This document shows, piece by piece, positions 22,100-32,518 of a DNA stretch of 64,000 nt. A model generated the notes under the pieces. That model was not told where the DNA came from. It worked only from the letters and a program-made list of their open reading frames with translations, and did no database searches. Position numbers and translations under genes: made by a program. Each line of letters starts with the position of its first letter. Position 1 is the first letter of the stretch. The DNA comes from an uncultured Verrucomicrobiae bacterium (GTDB lineage Bacteria; Verrucomicrobiota; Verrucomicrobiia; Chthoniobacterales; JAFAMB01), in assembly GCA_963837955.1 (NCBI GenBank), contig CAWIPH010000002.1, forward strand, positions 256,001 to 320,000, read 5' to 3'.

Positions 22100-23399
22100 G
22101 AGCGCCCAGATTCCGGGAGAGCTTTATCTTTCTCCCGATCGCTCGTTGTTAGAACTGGATCGACTCCATTCCCTGAGCCATCCGGTTCTCCTTGATTTGG
22201 CGCGAGAATTCGGGTTGCGCGTTTCTCACGAGCGCACTCGCCACCAACTCGTTTTCGACATCCTGAAGGCATTTGGCACACGGGGGACGAAGATCCTAGC
22301 CGAAGGCATGGTCGAACTTTCCGGGGAAGCATATGGGTTCTTGAGGTGGGAACGATTTAACTTCAATCCATGCCCGGAAGACGTCTACGTGCCGGCCTCG
22401 GTGCTGAAGCGATTTGGCTTACGTGCTGGCCACAAGGTAAAAGGTTTCATCCGGCCTCCGCGTGACAAAGAAAAATTCATGGCGCTGGAAGAGGTTGTTA
22501 CGATCGAAGGAATCCCAGTCGATCAGTGGACTGAGCCGAAGCAGTTCGATCAGCTCACTGCGCTTTTCCCGGACAAACGCATCCTGCTGGAGAACGAGAA
22601 GACGAGAAGCGCCAGTGCCAGGGCCGTCGATTTGGTCGCACCACTAGGCAGAGGTCAGCGTGGGCTGATTGTCGCACCTCCGCGAGCCGGCAAGACTATC
22701 CTTCTGAAAGAAATCGCGCTCGCGATTCGCGCGAATTCACCGGAAATTCATTTAATTTTGTTGCTGGTAGATGAGCGACCGGAAGAAGTCACCGACCTCA
22801 GACGGTGTCTCGATTGTGAGATTTTCAGCTCAACCTTTGATGAACCACCGACCCGGCATGTCCAAGTTGCAGAGTTGGTAAGCGAACGGGCCAGGCGTCT
22901 CGTTGAAATTAAAAAGGACGTGGTGATTCTTCTCGATAGCATCACTCGTCTGGCTCGCGGTTATAACGCGCTGCAGCCAGGGAAGGGCCGGATCATGTCC
23001 GGCGGGGTAGAGGCCAAGGCGTTGCTAAAGCCGAAGAAGTTTTTTGGCGCCGCTAGAAATGTTGAAGAGGGCGGAAGCCTGACGATCTTGGCCACAGCGT
23101 TGATCGAAACCGAAAGCAGGATGGATGAAGTGATTTTCGAGGAGTTCAAGGGGACGGGGAACATGGAGCTCCACTTAGACCGGACGCTACTCGAAAAGCG
23201 CATTTTTCCAGGGATTCACATCTTGAATTCGGGTACTCGACGCGATGACTTGCTCTATCATCCGGCCGAGTTTGAGAAGATTACAACGTTAAGGAAATAT
23301 TTAGCGCAACTTCCGGCGATCGAGGCCATGGAAGTGCTCCTGCAGCGCATTCGGGCGACCAAGACAAACGCGGAGCTTCTGCTCTCGACCCTCCGGTAG
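22080..23399 (+). CDS. rho: Transcription termination factor Rho
   Basis: [51 protein letters not shown]. Confidence 0.96.
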   Translation: MESQPTESAQIPGELYLSPDRSLLELDRLHSLSHPVLLDLAREFGLRVSHERTRHQLVFDILKAFGTRGTKILAEGMVELSGEAYGFLRWERFNFNPCPEDVYVPASVLKRFGLRAGHKVKGFIRPPRDKEKFMALEEVVTIEGIPVDQWTEPKQFDQLTALFPDKRILLENEKTRSASARAVDLVAPLGRGQRGLIVAPPRAGKTILLKEIALAIRANSPEIHLILLLVDERPEEVTDLRRCLDCEIFSSTFDEPPTRHVQVAELVSERARRLVEIKKDVVILLDSITRLARGYNALQPGKGRIMSGGVEAKALLKPKKFFGAARNVEEGGSLTILATALIETESRMDEVIFEEFKGTGNMELHLDRTLLEKRIFPGIHILNSGTRRDDLLYHPAEFEKITTLRKYLAQLPAIEAMEVLLQRIRATKTNAELLLSTLR

Positions 23400-23513
23400 T
23401 AGTCTGTCCGTGAATAGCACATCTGAATCGATACGTGACCGACGAGCGACGCCGAAAAACAGCCAACCGATCTGTGGCGAAAGCCATTTTATTTCGTAGA
23501 CAGACCACTAACC

Positions 23514-24587
23514 ATGGCTTCTGACGAGGTTTTGACTTTCAACAACACTGACCAATTGCTGCGTTGGTGCAATGCGATGGCCGGGGAGCCAAGAATCGCT
23601 GTAGACACCGAAGGTGACAGCCTGCACTGCTACTTTGAAAAGCTGTGCCTGATCCAGCTTTCTGCGCCCGGTCAGAATGTTTTAGTGGATCCTTTTCAGC
23701 CGCTCGACTTCGGGGTTTTGACTCGTTTCCTCGAAAGTCGGACGATTATTCTTCATGGTTGCGATTACGATTTGCGCATGTTGCGCCGAGGCATCCGATT
23801 TATCCCAGGTTCGGTCTTCGATAGTTACCTGGCGGCTCGACTGGTGGGTATGAAGGAGGTCGGCCTTGCCTCATTGGTCAAACACTTCTTCGCCATTGAA
23901 CTGCCCAAGTCCTCCCAAAAGGCAAATTGGGCACGGCGCCCCCTTACGGAAGTGATGATCGCTTATGCGGTAAACGATACCAAATACCTGCTGCCTCTGG
24001 CTGAAAAGCTAGAACAAGAGTTACGCCATCTATCTCGTTGGGATTGGTACGAAGAATCCACTGCTCGAGCGGTATTGGCTGCCGCTGAGGATCGCGAGAG
24101 GGACCCGGAAAAGGTCTGGAAGATCACTGGTAGTGCGGGGCTACCGCCACGCGGTTTGGCGGTTCTTCGCTCGCTTTGGCATTGGCGAGAGTCAGAAGCT
24201 CAACAAGCAGATCGGCCGGCCTTTCAGATTATGCGCAACGAGGACTTAGTTGGGTTGGTGCAAACCACTTTGAACGGCTCGCACCTCGATCTGCCCAGCT
24301 GGCTTCCCAGCACGCGACGGCGACGATTGTTATCGGCGATTGAAGAATCGCTGCAAATTCCGGAAGCCGAATGGCCCCAGCGAAACCGCTATGCTCGGAC
24401 GCGCTCCACCAGCGAGCAGGAAAGACGGTTTGAACAGCTTCGGGCCAAACGCGATCAACTCGCGACCGCTCTCGCTCTTGACTCGAGCGTGGTCGCTTCC
24501 AGAAGCGCTCTGGAAAGAGTGATAAGGGAACCAGAGTCGGCCGAGACCGTCCTGATGCGCTGGCAGCGAGAACTGTTGGGGATATAA
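23514..24587 (+). CDS. rnd: Ribonuclease D (3'-5' exonuclease plus HRDC)
   Basis: AVDTEGDS, LCLIQLS, DYDLRML, WARRPLT...YAVND. Confidence 0.9.
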   Translation: MASDEVLTFNNTDQLLRWCNAMAGEPRIAVDTEGDSLHCYFEKLCLIQLSAPGQNVLVDPFQPLDFGVLTRFLESRTIILHGCDYDLRMLRRGIRFIPGSVFDSYLAARLVGMKEVGLASLVKHFFAIELPKSSQKANWARRPLTEVMIAYAVNDTKYLLPLAEKLEQELRHLSRWDWYEESTARAVLAAAEDRERDPEKVWKITGSAGLPPRGLAVLRSLWHWRESEAQQADRPAFQIMRNEDLVGLVQTTLNGSHLDLPSWLPSTRRRRLLSAIEESLQIPEAEWPQRNRYARTRSTSEQERRFEQLRAKRDQLATALALDSSVVASRSALERVIREPESAETVLMRWQRELLGI

Positions 24588-24739
24588 AGGTTTTCGGTTT
24601 TACGGTTCACGTTGCGTTGGGGCGCAATCGCAATCATCCTCGCGCTGAGGCGCCCAGGTAGGGCGTGGCCGGCGGCCGTCTGCGGCAACCTAAGAGGTCG
24701 CGATCTGGAATCGGATAGCTGCGTCGCGTGGAGAAATCA

Positions 24740-24963
24740 GTCCCGGAGGGACCCGACGAAAGTAGCCCAGCACCTCAGTGCTGGGTTGCGTTTTTTAAAA
24801 GCGATGCGTCCCGGATGGGACGATCGATGGCTGCTTGCTCTCCCGAAGCCGCGTGCGAGCTCAAGAGCCGAGCGTTCGATCGTCCCTCACGGGACGGACG
24901 TGTCTTTTGCATCATTTCCCAGCAATAAATTGCTGGGCTACTTTCGTTGGGTCCCTCCGGGAC
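24740..24963. repeat. REP/MITE-like nested palindromic element, family C, copy 1 (224 bp)
   Basis: 33-bp terminal inverted repeat GTCCCGGAGGGACCCGACGAAAGTAGCCCAGCA (1 mismatch); internal hairpins CCCAGCA-N6-TGCTGGG and CGTCCC-N4-GGGACG, each twice. Confidence 0.9.
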
Positions 24964-25118
24964 GAGTTTCGTGGCATACTTGTAAGCCTCATATTCACGC
25001 GCTTGGGCGTCCTCCGGGCGACGCCTGGCTGCCAATGACTTGGACGAGCGCGAAGACCTCTGAACGCGATTTTTGTTGGCAAATCGGTGAGCGTAAGTTA
25101 TCGAATTAGGCGCGAACC

Positions 25119-25214
25119 ATGAAATCAAACGCCTACGCTGCCTGCTCGACCGAGCCTCGCTTTGAGTTCGCGGGCAGCTTTTTTTATTACTGGCGTTTCT
25201 TTTTCGGCTTCTGA
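25119..25214 (+). CDS. Candidate aromatic-amino-acid leader peptide of aroF (31 aa, not in ORF track)
   Basis: Hand translation MKSNAYAACSTEPRFEFAGSFFYYWRFFFGF*; 8 Phe, 3 Tyr, 1 Trp; ends 173 nt before the aroF ATG. Confidence 0.65.
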   Translation: MKSNAYAACSTEPRFEFAGSFFYYWRFFFGF

Positions 25215-25387
25215 CCAGCGCTGACTTTCTCGCGCTTTTCTCCGGTCAGAGCTGATCCTTCCCTCAATCTATGCCTACGATTTTGCCATCTCCTGAAGCC
25301 ACTCGCATCGACAAGCCGCCCTTGCCGGCCAATCGCAAAACCAGTTGCGAACCGGTCTTTTCGGCCCAAACTGCCAATGCTCTAGTC

Positions 25388-26401
25388 ATGATCATTATCA
25401 CCCGCCCGGACGCAACCGAGGAGCAGATCCAACATATTGTTTCTCGGATCGGCGATTGGGGTTTGCGCGCCGAGGTGAGTCGGGGCGAGATGCGGGTTGT
25501 CATCGGGGTAATCGGACCGGAAGACAAGATTCGGCAGAAACCTCTGGGCGCTTTTCCCGGAGTGGAATCGGTTACGCCGGTCCTGAAGCCTTATAAACTG
25601 GTCTCCTACGAGTTTCGTGGTACGGCCTCGCGGGTCAAAGTCGGCGATGTCGTGATCGGGTCCAAAGAAGTCGTGTTGATGGCTGGGCCATGTTCGGTGG
25701 AAAGCGAAGATCAAATCCTATCGATCGCTCGCTCGATCCGAGATTCTGGCGCAAAAATTTTGCGGGGAGGCGCCTTTAAACCTCGTACTTCTCCTTACAG
25801 TTTTCAGGGACTGGGAAAAGTCGGACTGCAACTCTTGGCCGAGGCGCGACGGGAGTCAGGTTTGCCCATTATTACCGAAGTAATGGACACCAAAGATCTG
25901 GAATTGGTCGCGGAATACGCTGATTGCCTGCAGATCGGTGCTCGAAACATGCAGAATTTCTCACTTCTGCGCGAGGTCGGTCGAACCCAATTACCGGTGA
26001 TGTTAAAACGGGGAATGGCGGCTTCGATTAAAGACCTTCTGATGAGCGCGGAGTACATCCTTAGCGAAGGAAACTTCAATGTCCTCCTTTGTGAGCGAGG
26101 GATTCGGACGTTCGAAACGATGACGCGAAACACGTTGGATTTGAACGCCGTCCCCGTGCTGAAAGCAGAGACTCATTTGCCGGTGGTGGTAGATCCGACC
26201 CATGGAATCGGTATCCGCGATTTTGTCCCCGCTATGGCGCTGGCTGCCGTTGCAGCGGGCGCTGACTCGATCATGGTCGAAGTACATAACGCCCCTGAAC
26301 TTGCGAAAAGTGACGGCGAACAATGTCTGTTGCCAAAGGAGTTTGACGATCTGGTAAAACGCATCCGAGGCGTAGCGGAAGCGGTCGGACGTGCATTGTG
26401 A
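25388..26401 (+). CDS. aroF: DAHP synthase type I-beta with N-terminal ACT-like regulatory domain
   Basis: [51 protein letters not shown]; start placed at ATG 25388. Confidence 0.96.
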   Translation: MIIITRPDATEEQIQHIVSRIGDWGLRAEVSRGEMRVVIGVIGPEDKIRQKPLGAFPGVESVTPVLKPYKLVSYEFRGTASRVKVGDVVIGSKEVVLMAGPCSVESEDQILSIARSIRDSGAKILRGGAFKPRTSPYSFQGLGKVGLQLLAEARRESGLPIITEVMDTKDLELVAEYADCLQIGARNMQNFSLLREVGRTQLPVMLKRGMAASIKDLLMSAEYILSEGNFNVLLCERGIRTFETMTRNTLDLNAVPVLKAETHLPVVVDPTHGIGIRDFVPAMALAAVAAGADSIMVEVHNAPELAKSDGEQCLLPKEFDDLVKRIRGVAEAVGRAL

Positions 26402-26569
26402 CGCTCGAAACGGAGACGATCCCACCCGTGCCTGTCGCTCGGGCGACGTCGAGTCGAGAGCCCGATGATGCCCGGCGAGGCGGAAACGCAGAGCTAACCG
26501 AATGGTGCCGCGCCGAGCAGCAAAGAGCGAACTAAGCTCAACCCTGCGGCGACACGGTCAAACGTCATC

Positions 26570-27211
26570 ATGCGCATGAAAATGCTTTTGGTAATAGTCG
26601 GCTCCTTTACGGTCTTTTCTTCGGTCTTCGCAGAAAACAAAGCGTATGAAACGGCGATTAACAAAGCTACCCAGGCTCTGGCCGCCGGAAATATAGTTGA
26701 GGCGGACAAACAAGCTGACATCGCAGCGAAACTCGAACCGGCGGGTGCTCAAACGGCAAACCTGCGTGGTGTCATCGCAGTTCAGAAGCGGGATTATGAA
26801 GAGGGTGCGAGCCGGTTCAACCAAGCGATCGCCGCTGACGAGAAATTTTACCCGGCTAAGCTGAACTTGGCAGATCTGCTGCTGCTCCAGGGCAAATATT
26901 CCGATGCCCGCACGCGCTACCAGGAGCTGCAACAGCTCGATCCGAAATCAGAGGTTTTACAGTTCAAAATTGTTGTGGCCGATGTGCTTGATGGCCAAGA
27001 ATCCCAAGCTGTGCAGCTCATCAATCAGATGACCTTCCCGGGAAATACGCCGGCCTATTATTTTGCTCGCGCTGCAGTCCTACTGAAAAACTCGCAGGAA
27101 AAAGGGGCGCAACAGTATTTTGGGAACGCGCGCAAATATTACGACGAACAACAATGCGCTTACTTTATCCACTTCCTCCGCCAGAACGGGTTGGAAAAAT
27201 CAGCAAAATAA
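26570..27211 (+). CDS. Exported TPR-repeat protein
   Basis: Signal peptide (VFA-E); TPR-like helices (NLRGVI...FNQAI; NLADLLLLQGKYSDA). Confidence 0.75.
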   Translation: MRMKMLLVIVGSFTVFSSVFAENKAYETAINKATQALAAGNIVEADKQADIAAKLEPAGAQTANLRGVIAVQKRDYEEGASRFNQAIAADEKFYPAKLNLADLLLLQGKYSDARTRYQELQQLDPKSEVLQFKIVVADVLDGQESQAVQLINQMTFPGNTPAYYFARAAVLLKNSQEKGAQQYFGNARKYYDEQQCAYFIHFLRQNGLEKSAK

Positions 27212-27326
27212 CGGTCGAAATGCGATGTCCTGTGAAAGACTGTGAACCGGGAACAAACGCGGACTGAAGGGAGTTCATGGTGTTCATTCGTGCCTATTCG
27301 TGGCTAATAATTTTCGTCAATTTTGA

Positions 27327-28037
27327 ATGAAATCTCCCAGTAACAAGACTACGGCCACGGCGATCCCTCGCCCAGTTCGGGCTGCCCGACTAATCGAGCG
27401 ATTTCGAGAGGTGTACCCGTCCGCGCATTGCGAACTCGATTTTTCGAACGCGTTGGAACTCTTGGTTGCCACCATTCTTTCGGCTCAATGCACCGATAAA
27501 CGAGTGAATCTAGTGACCAAAGAGCTGTTTACGCGTTTTCGAACCGCTGAAGACTATGCCCATGTTACCCAGGAAGAACTGGAAAGCGCCATTCGGTCGA
27601 CCGGGTTCTATCGTAACAAAGCTAAGAGCATCCGCTCAATGGCGAAGGATCTCATCGAACGGCACGAGGGTCGCGTTCCGTCCACCATGGCGGCATTAGT
27701 GGCTCTTGCTGGAGTTGGTCGTAAGACGGCAAACGTGGTGTTAGGGAATGCTTTCCAGATCAATGAAGGAATAGTTGTTGATACGCACGTCTCTCGGTTA
27801 GCCCAACGTCTCGGTCTTTCGAAGCGAACTGAACCGGAAAAGATCGAGCTCGAATTGATGCGACTCGTGCCGCGGGCTGATTGGACGAATTTTAGTCATT
27901 GGCTGATTTGGCACGGCCGCCGGCGGTGCACCGCTCTGAGACCAGATTGCGAAAACTGCGAGGTTGCGAACCTTTGTCCGAGCTGTGGCCGCATAAATCG
28001 CAAGCAGGCCAAAAAGAAAGCGAAAGTCCAGCGATAG
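27327..28037 (+). CDS. nth: Endonuclease III
   Basis: ILSAQCTD, HhH LAGVGRKTANVV, VDTHV, C-x6-C-x2-C-x5-C Fe-S motif. Confidence 0.97.
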   Translation: MKSPSNKTTATAIPRPVRAARLIERFREVYPSAHCELDFSNALELLVATILSAQCTDKRVNLVTKELFTRFRTAEDYAHVTQEELESAIRSTGFYRNKAKSIRSMAKDLIERHEGRVPSTMAALVALAGVGRKTANVVLGNAFQINEGIVVDTHVSRLAQRLGLSKRTEPEKIELELMRLVPRADWTNFSHWLIWHGRRRCTALRPDCENCEVANLCPSCGRINRKQAKKKAKVQR

Positions 28038-28182
28038 GACTCGATGAGGACGGGATACCGCAGCGGCGAATCGCCCTGTTCGATGGCCGCACTGCCAAGT
28101 GGCGCGCGAGATTTTGTCGGACAGGCAAATAGCCGGTGTGCCGGCTTTTCACACGTGCCGCTGTTTTCGATTAATCTTTGGA

Positions 28183-28932
28183 TTATTGCGGTTTCTCGGG
28201 TTTCTTCTCTGTAGTTTGGCTTTTCTTCGGCACCAAAATAACAATCGAAGAGACGAGATCCTGAATTTCGTTGAGGCTTGGAGCGAAGCTGTCTGCTGAC
28301 GATTTCACCAGGAGTTTATAGGTTGGAAACGACGTTAGCGCGCGTATGTCTCCGTGAGCGTCCTGTAAACTGGATCCATCTGGAAGCTGCGGGTTTCTAA
28401 CCACGAACCTGCCAACAATGGTGTCCTGGCGATCACTGGTAACGCCTCGAATCTCATAGACGAGTTGCGCATTGTTCGGCTCCGGCCAGGTAGTGTCCTT
28501 CGTTGTTTGCACGAAATATCCGACAGCATTTCCCCAGGGAAAAGAGAACTTCTGGAAACGAGCGTAAAGGTACGGCGTCGCACTCCCAGAGTCCGCTCGA
28601 GCGAGATCGACGGCGAAGGCGTCCTTAGCATTGTAAGCATCCGCTATCTTCGGATCATCTCTCTTGCTTACGGTGATACTCCAGGTCTGTTTGGCCTTAG
28701 AGGATGACTGCTGCGCATTCGGTGATTGCCAAAACCCGGAGCAGATCGACGCGTAAGCGCCGCTTTTCAGAGTGGAGAAGCTGTATTTCATATTGCCCTT
28801 GAAGGCATCGAGCGGATTGAACTGAAACCGCGGGAATTGATCAGTCGAATCGGCCGCTTCCACCCGCAGAGCAGCTGCGGGAAGCATCGCGATCAAGATC
28901 GCGAAAAGCAAAGGAGGGTGTTGAATCTTCAT
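28183..28932 (-). CDS. Hypothetical secreted protein
   Basis: 249-aa ORF with N-terminal signal-peptide-like hydrophobic stretch; no family I can name. Confidence 0.7.
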   Translation of the reverse strand: MKIQHPPLLFAILIAMLPAAALRVEAADSTDQFPRFQFNPLDAFKGNMKYSFSTLKSGAYASICSGFWQSPNAQQSSSKAKQTWSITVSKRDDPKIADAYNAKDAFAVDLARADSGSATPYLYARFQKFSFPWGNAVGYFVQTTKDTTWPEPNNAQLVYEIRGVTSDRQDTIVGRFVVRNPQLPDGSSLQDAHGDIRALTSFPTYKLLVKSSADSFAPSLNEIQDLVSSIVILVPKKSQTTEKKPEKPQ

Positions 28933-29112
28933 GATTGCAATAAACCTTCATGGTTAAGTCAGTCCGATTATTTACGGTTGCGGGTCGCTTGCCAAGACAG
29001 GAGTCTGGAAGCGACTCCATCGAATGATCAAAACCTTACTTCTTGATTTCGAGCTAGATTCTGGCTTCTAGACTTTAAATGTATGGCGGCTGAGGAGAGC
29101 CGCGCCTGCCGC

Positions 29113-30270
29113 ATGTTGCCTACTGCCAATAGACTTCAGGGATTCACGGAATCGGTCATCCGAGAGATGACGCGCGTCGCCCACCAACATGGAGCCATCA
29201 ACTTGTCCCAGGGCTTCCCCGATTTTGATCCTCCTCCGGAACTGCTCGCAGCCGCCGCGGAAGCGCTCCGCGGAAACTTTCACCAATACGCCATCACCTG
29301 GGGCGCACCTGAATTCCGGCGAGCTCTGGCTGAAAAACAATCGCGATTGATGCGGCTCGATATTGATCCGGATGCCCATCTTGTTGTGACTTGTGGCGGC
29401 ACCGAAGCAATGCTTGTGGCGCTGACCACGGTATGCAATCCCGGCGATTCGGTCATCATCTTCTCGCCTTTTTATGAAAACTACGGGGCCGACACAATTC
29501 TGGTGGGGGCACACCCGATTTACCTGCCACTGCGGCCGCCCCGTTTCGAATTTGACCGGGACGAGCTGCGTCGGGCATTTGCCAAGAGACCCAAGGCGAT
29601 CGTGTTGTGCAATCCATCGAATCCGACGGGCAAAGTTTTCACTCATGAGGAACTAACCTTCATCGGGGAATTAGCTTCGGAGGCAGGCGCCTTTATCATC
29701 ACGGACGAAGTCTACGAACACATCGTGTACGCTCCTCACCGGCACACTTATGCAGCCGCGCTTCCGGGCCTGTTCGAGCGTACGTTGACCGTTGGCTCGC
29801 TCTCGAAGACCTACGCAATTACCGGTTGGCGTCTCGGATTCGTCTTGGCCGCTCCCGAGGTAATTGCCCAGGCTCGCAAAGTTCACGACTTTTTGACCGT
29901 GGGAGCGCCCCATCCGTTACAGCAGGCAGCTGTGACTGCATTGCGTTTGCCACCGGAGTATTACCAGCAACTAACCCGCGACTACACTCGGCGCCGGGAA
30001 TTGTTCACTGGCTATCTACACAAAGCTGGTCTCCGTTTCGTCGAGCCTCAGGGAGCCTACTATGTACTCGTCAACATCGATGATTTTGATCAAACCGATG
30101 ACGTAGCTTTTTGCCATTGGTTGGCGCGCGAAATTGGGGTTGCCGCTGTACCGGGTTCCAGTTTCTTTGCCGAGCCGGTAAGAAACCTCATTCGGTTTCA
30201 CTTTGCCAAACGCGATGAAACTTTAGCGGTGGCCGGGGACCGTTTGCTCCAGCTTCGGCAGCGCGGTTGA
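29113..30270 (+). CDS. Class I/II aminotransferase (YbdL/methionine aminotransferase-like)
   Basis: INLSQGFPDF, NPSNPTGKVF, DEVYEH, SKTYAITGWRLG, RFHFAK; alternative start 29083. Confidence 0.9.
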   Translation: MLPTANRLQGFTESVIREMTRVAHQHGAINLSQGFPDFDPPPELLAAAAEALRGNFHQYAITWGAPEFRRALAEKQSRLMRLDIDPDAHLVVTCGGTEAMLVALTTVCNPGDSVIIFSPFYENYGADTILVGAHPIYLPLRPPRFEFDRDELRRAFAKRPKAIVLCNPSNPTGKVFTHEELTFIGELASEAGAFIITDEVYEHIVYAPHRHTYAAALPGLFERTLTVGSLSKTYAITGWRLGFVLAAPEVIAQARKVHDFLTVGAPHPLQQAAVTALRLPPEYYQQLTRDYTRRRELFTGYLHKAGLRFVEPQGAYYVLVNIDDFDQTDDVAFCHWLAREIGVAAVPGSSFFAEPVRNLIRFHFAKRDETLAVAGDRLLQLRQRG

Positions 30271-30415
30271 AATGCAGTCCCCAACGAGAAGAGACGGGAC
30301 GCCTTCGCTGCGCAAGCTATTGATCGAACTTAGCTCGGATTTTAGAGCGAACGCAAAACAAACAGCCATCGGACGCCAACCGAAACGTTTCGATGGGTCG
30401 CCTGAAAAGCCGAGA

Positions 30416-30904
30416 TCATTGCGCTTTCACGCTGGCTAAGACTGCGCTCAGATCCTGGAGATGAGCTTTACTGCCTTCCGGGGTCGCATAATAGATAAAC
30501 AGCAGCCCTTTATCCTCTTTGACTCGCATCAGGGCTAATCCCACTTTGCAGGCTCCGTGTTTGTCTTTGCCGTCCCAGTCAAACGTGGCTGTCTGCTTTC
30601 CACCAATATCCGTGGAGTCTTTTTGAAGTGTAGACTGATCGACCGTAACCCCTTTGGTCTCGAGGTAGCTCAACGCTTGGGTGATCGATTGCTCAACCTT
30701 AGAAGAGTCCGTAGCTTCTACGGCAAAATAGACTTGGTTATCATCGGAGATCGCCTCGACACCTTTGTCGTAAATGCTCGATTTCCAAGCATCAGGAAAG
30801 GTCACCGACGCAATTGGATTGGTCGCGGGGAGAACATATTCATCTGCTAACGCAGAAAAACTCAAAGCAAGACCGAAAAAAATCGGAGCGAGAATTTTCA
30901 GCAT
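30416..30904 (-). CDS. Hypothetical secreted protein
   Basis: Signal peptide MLKILAPIFFGLALSFSALA-DE from ATG 30904. Confidence 0.7.
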   Translation of the reverse strand: MLKILAPIFFGLALSFSALADEYVLPATNPIASVTFPDAWKSSIYDKGVEAISDDNQVYFAVEATDSSKVEQSITQALSYLETKGVTVDQSTLQKDSTDIGGKQTATFDWDGKDKHGACKVGLALMRVKEDKGLLFIYYATPEGSKAHLQDLSAVLASVKAQ

Positions 30905-31162
30905 AAAGTTAGGGTTAGTTAGCTCATATTGAATGAGAAAGAGCAAGCCAAATAGGATCGCTGGTTCTGCTCGAAGACTCAGCAGCGGCGACTATGGTAG
31001 GCTTAAATGTCAGCTAATTGCTAAGTCTGTGGAATTGTTAGTAGCTATCAATTCCACTGACCGTGGGCCAGAGGGGTCAACCGTTGAATTTAGAGAATGG
31101 AGAGAGCCAAGTTGGAAAATGATGATACGATTTGTCTCATGCGCGAGACTATCTCTCCTGAG

Positions 31163-32182
31163 ATGGCATCGTCCGGATTTGTCACAAACGGATTTTGCGA
31201 AACAATCGGGCGAACACCGTTGATTCGTTTGCGCGTCCTGTCCGATGCTACCGGTTGCGAGATCTGGGGTAAGGCGGAATTCCTTAACCCAGGCGGATCG
31301 GTGAAGGACCGAGCTGCGCTCGGTATTGTCCTTGACGGCGAGGCGTCAGGAGCGTTGAAGCCGGGTGGAACAATCGTCGAAGGCACCGCAGGTAATACCG
31401 GCATCGGATTGGCTTTAGTTGGAAATGCTCGAGGCTATCGCACCATTATCGTAATTCCGGAAAACCAATCTAAGGAGAAGATTGATGGACTTCGGGCGAT
31501 GGGCGCGGAGGTAAAGACTGTCCCCGAAAAGCCCTATAAAGATCCCGACAATTACATCCACATCTCCCAGAGGGTCGCCGAACAAACGCCGAACGGTTTT
31601 TGGGCTAATCAGTTCGATAACGTTGCTAACAGGGCGGCCCACTATCGAACAACCGGGCCTGAGCTCTGGTATCAAACTGACCGGAAAATCACCGGATTTG
31701 TTGCATCGGTTGGTACAGGCGGAACGCTCGCCGGAGTCTCGCTCTATCTGAAGGAACAGAACCCCAATATCCGGATTGTCTGTGCTGATCCGTATGGCGC
31801 GGCGATCTGGTCATGGGTGAAGCACGGCCACACAGAAATTAACGACGGTGATTCGGTGGCGGAAGGCATCGGTCAGAGTCGGGTGACCAAGAATCTGGAA
31901 GGAGTGCAGATCGACGAGGCATACCGCGTTTCTGACGACGTTGCAGTGGAAATGCTCTATCACTTGTTGCACGCGGAGGGGCTCTTTCTCAGTCTGTCCT
32001 CTGCCATCAATGTCTGTGGCGCAGTTAAGCTGGCGAGATCGGGCGGTCCGGGCCAGGTGATCGCGACCATTCTTTGCGACTCCGGTTCGCGATACGTTTC
32101 CCGATTGTATAATCCTCGCTGGCTGGAAGAGAAAGGGCTAACCCCGAAATCCAAGGGTCTGGAATTCCTGGACAGGATTTAG
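31163..32182 (+). CDS. cysK: Cysteine synthase family (PLP) protein
   Basis: IGRTPL, KAEFLNPGGSVKDR, EGTAGNTGIG, NQFDN, GTGGT, LCDSGSRY; alternative start 31097. Confidence 0.9.
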   Translation: MASSGFVTNGFCETIGRTPLIRLRVLSDATGCEIWGKAEFLNPGGSVKDRAALGIVLDGEASGALKPGGTIVEGTAGNTGIGLALVGNARGYRTIIVIPENQSKEKIDGLRAMGAEVKTVPEKPYKDPDNYIHISQRVAEQTPNGFWANQFDNVANRAAHYRTTGPELWYQTDRKITGFVASVGTGGTLAGVSLYLKEQNPNIRIVCADPYGAAIWSWVKHGHTEINDGDSVAEGIGQSRVTKNLEGVQIDEAYRVSDDVAVEMLYHLLHAEGLFLSLSSAINVCGAVKLARSGGPGQVIATILCDSGSRYVSRLYNPRWLEEKGLTPKSKGLEFLDRI

Positions 32183-32305
32183 ATGATTCGAGTCCGGTAA
32201 GCACACACGGTCCCGATTACTTCATTGCGCGGCTGCCCGTCCGCGTCAATCTGACGGTTGCAATCAGGCCGGTTACAAACGCGTCAAAAAGGATGAAGCC
32301 ATCGA

Positions 32306-32514
32306 TCCCGGAGGGATGCAATGAAAGTAGCCCAGCACTTCAGTGCTGGGTAAAGGTCTAAAAAACGTGTCCGTCCCGTTAGGGACGATCGACCTCCGCT
32401 TGCGCTCGTAAAGTCACATTGGAAGTCAATAACTGAACGTTTCGATCGTCCCTCTCGGGACGGGCGGCCTTTGCTTCAATTCCCAGCACTGAAGTGCTGG
32501 GCTACTTTCGTTGC
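32306..32514. repeat. REP/MITE-like nested palindromic element, family C, copy 2
   Basis: TCCCGGAGGGA..GAAAGTAGCCCAGCACTTCAGTGCTGGG...CGTCCCGTTAGGGACGATCGA...TCGATCGTCCCTCTCGGGACG...CCCAGCACTGAAGTGCTGGGCTACTTTC; same architecture as 24740-24963; outer right end missing. Confidence 0.9.
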
Positions 32515-32518
32515 TCTC

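Noticed and set aside
24636..25056. Older degenerate inverted repeat enclosing family C copy 1
   Set aside because: Only two short imperfect matches (about 9-11 nt) with inconsistent spacing; could be chance in GC-rich DNA
24612..25128. ORFs of 165, 117, 67 and 66 aa across the rnd-aroF gap
   Set aside because: They span the palindromic family C element and have no protein-like features; treated as repeat-derived open frames
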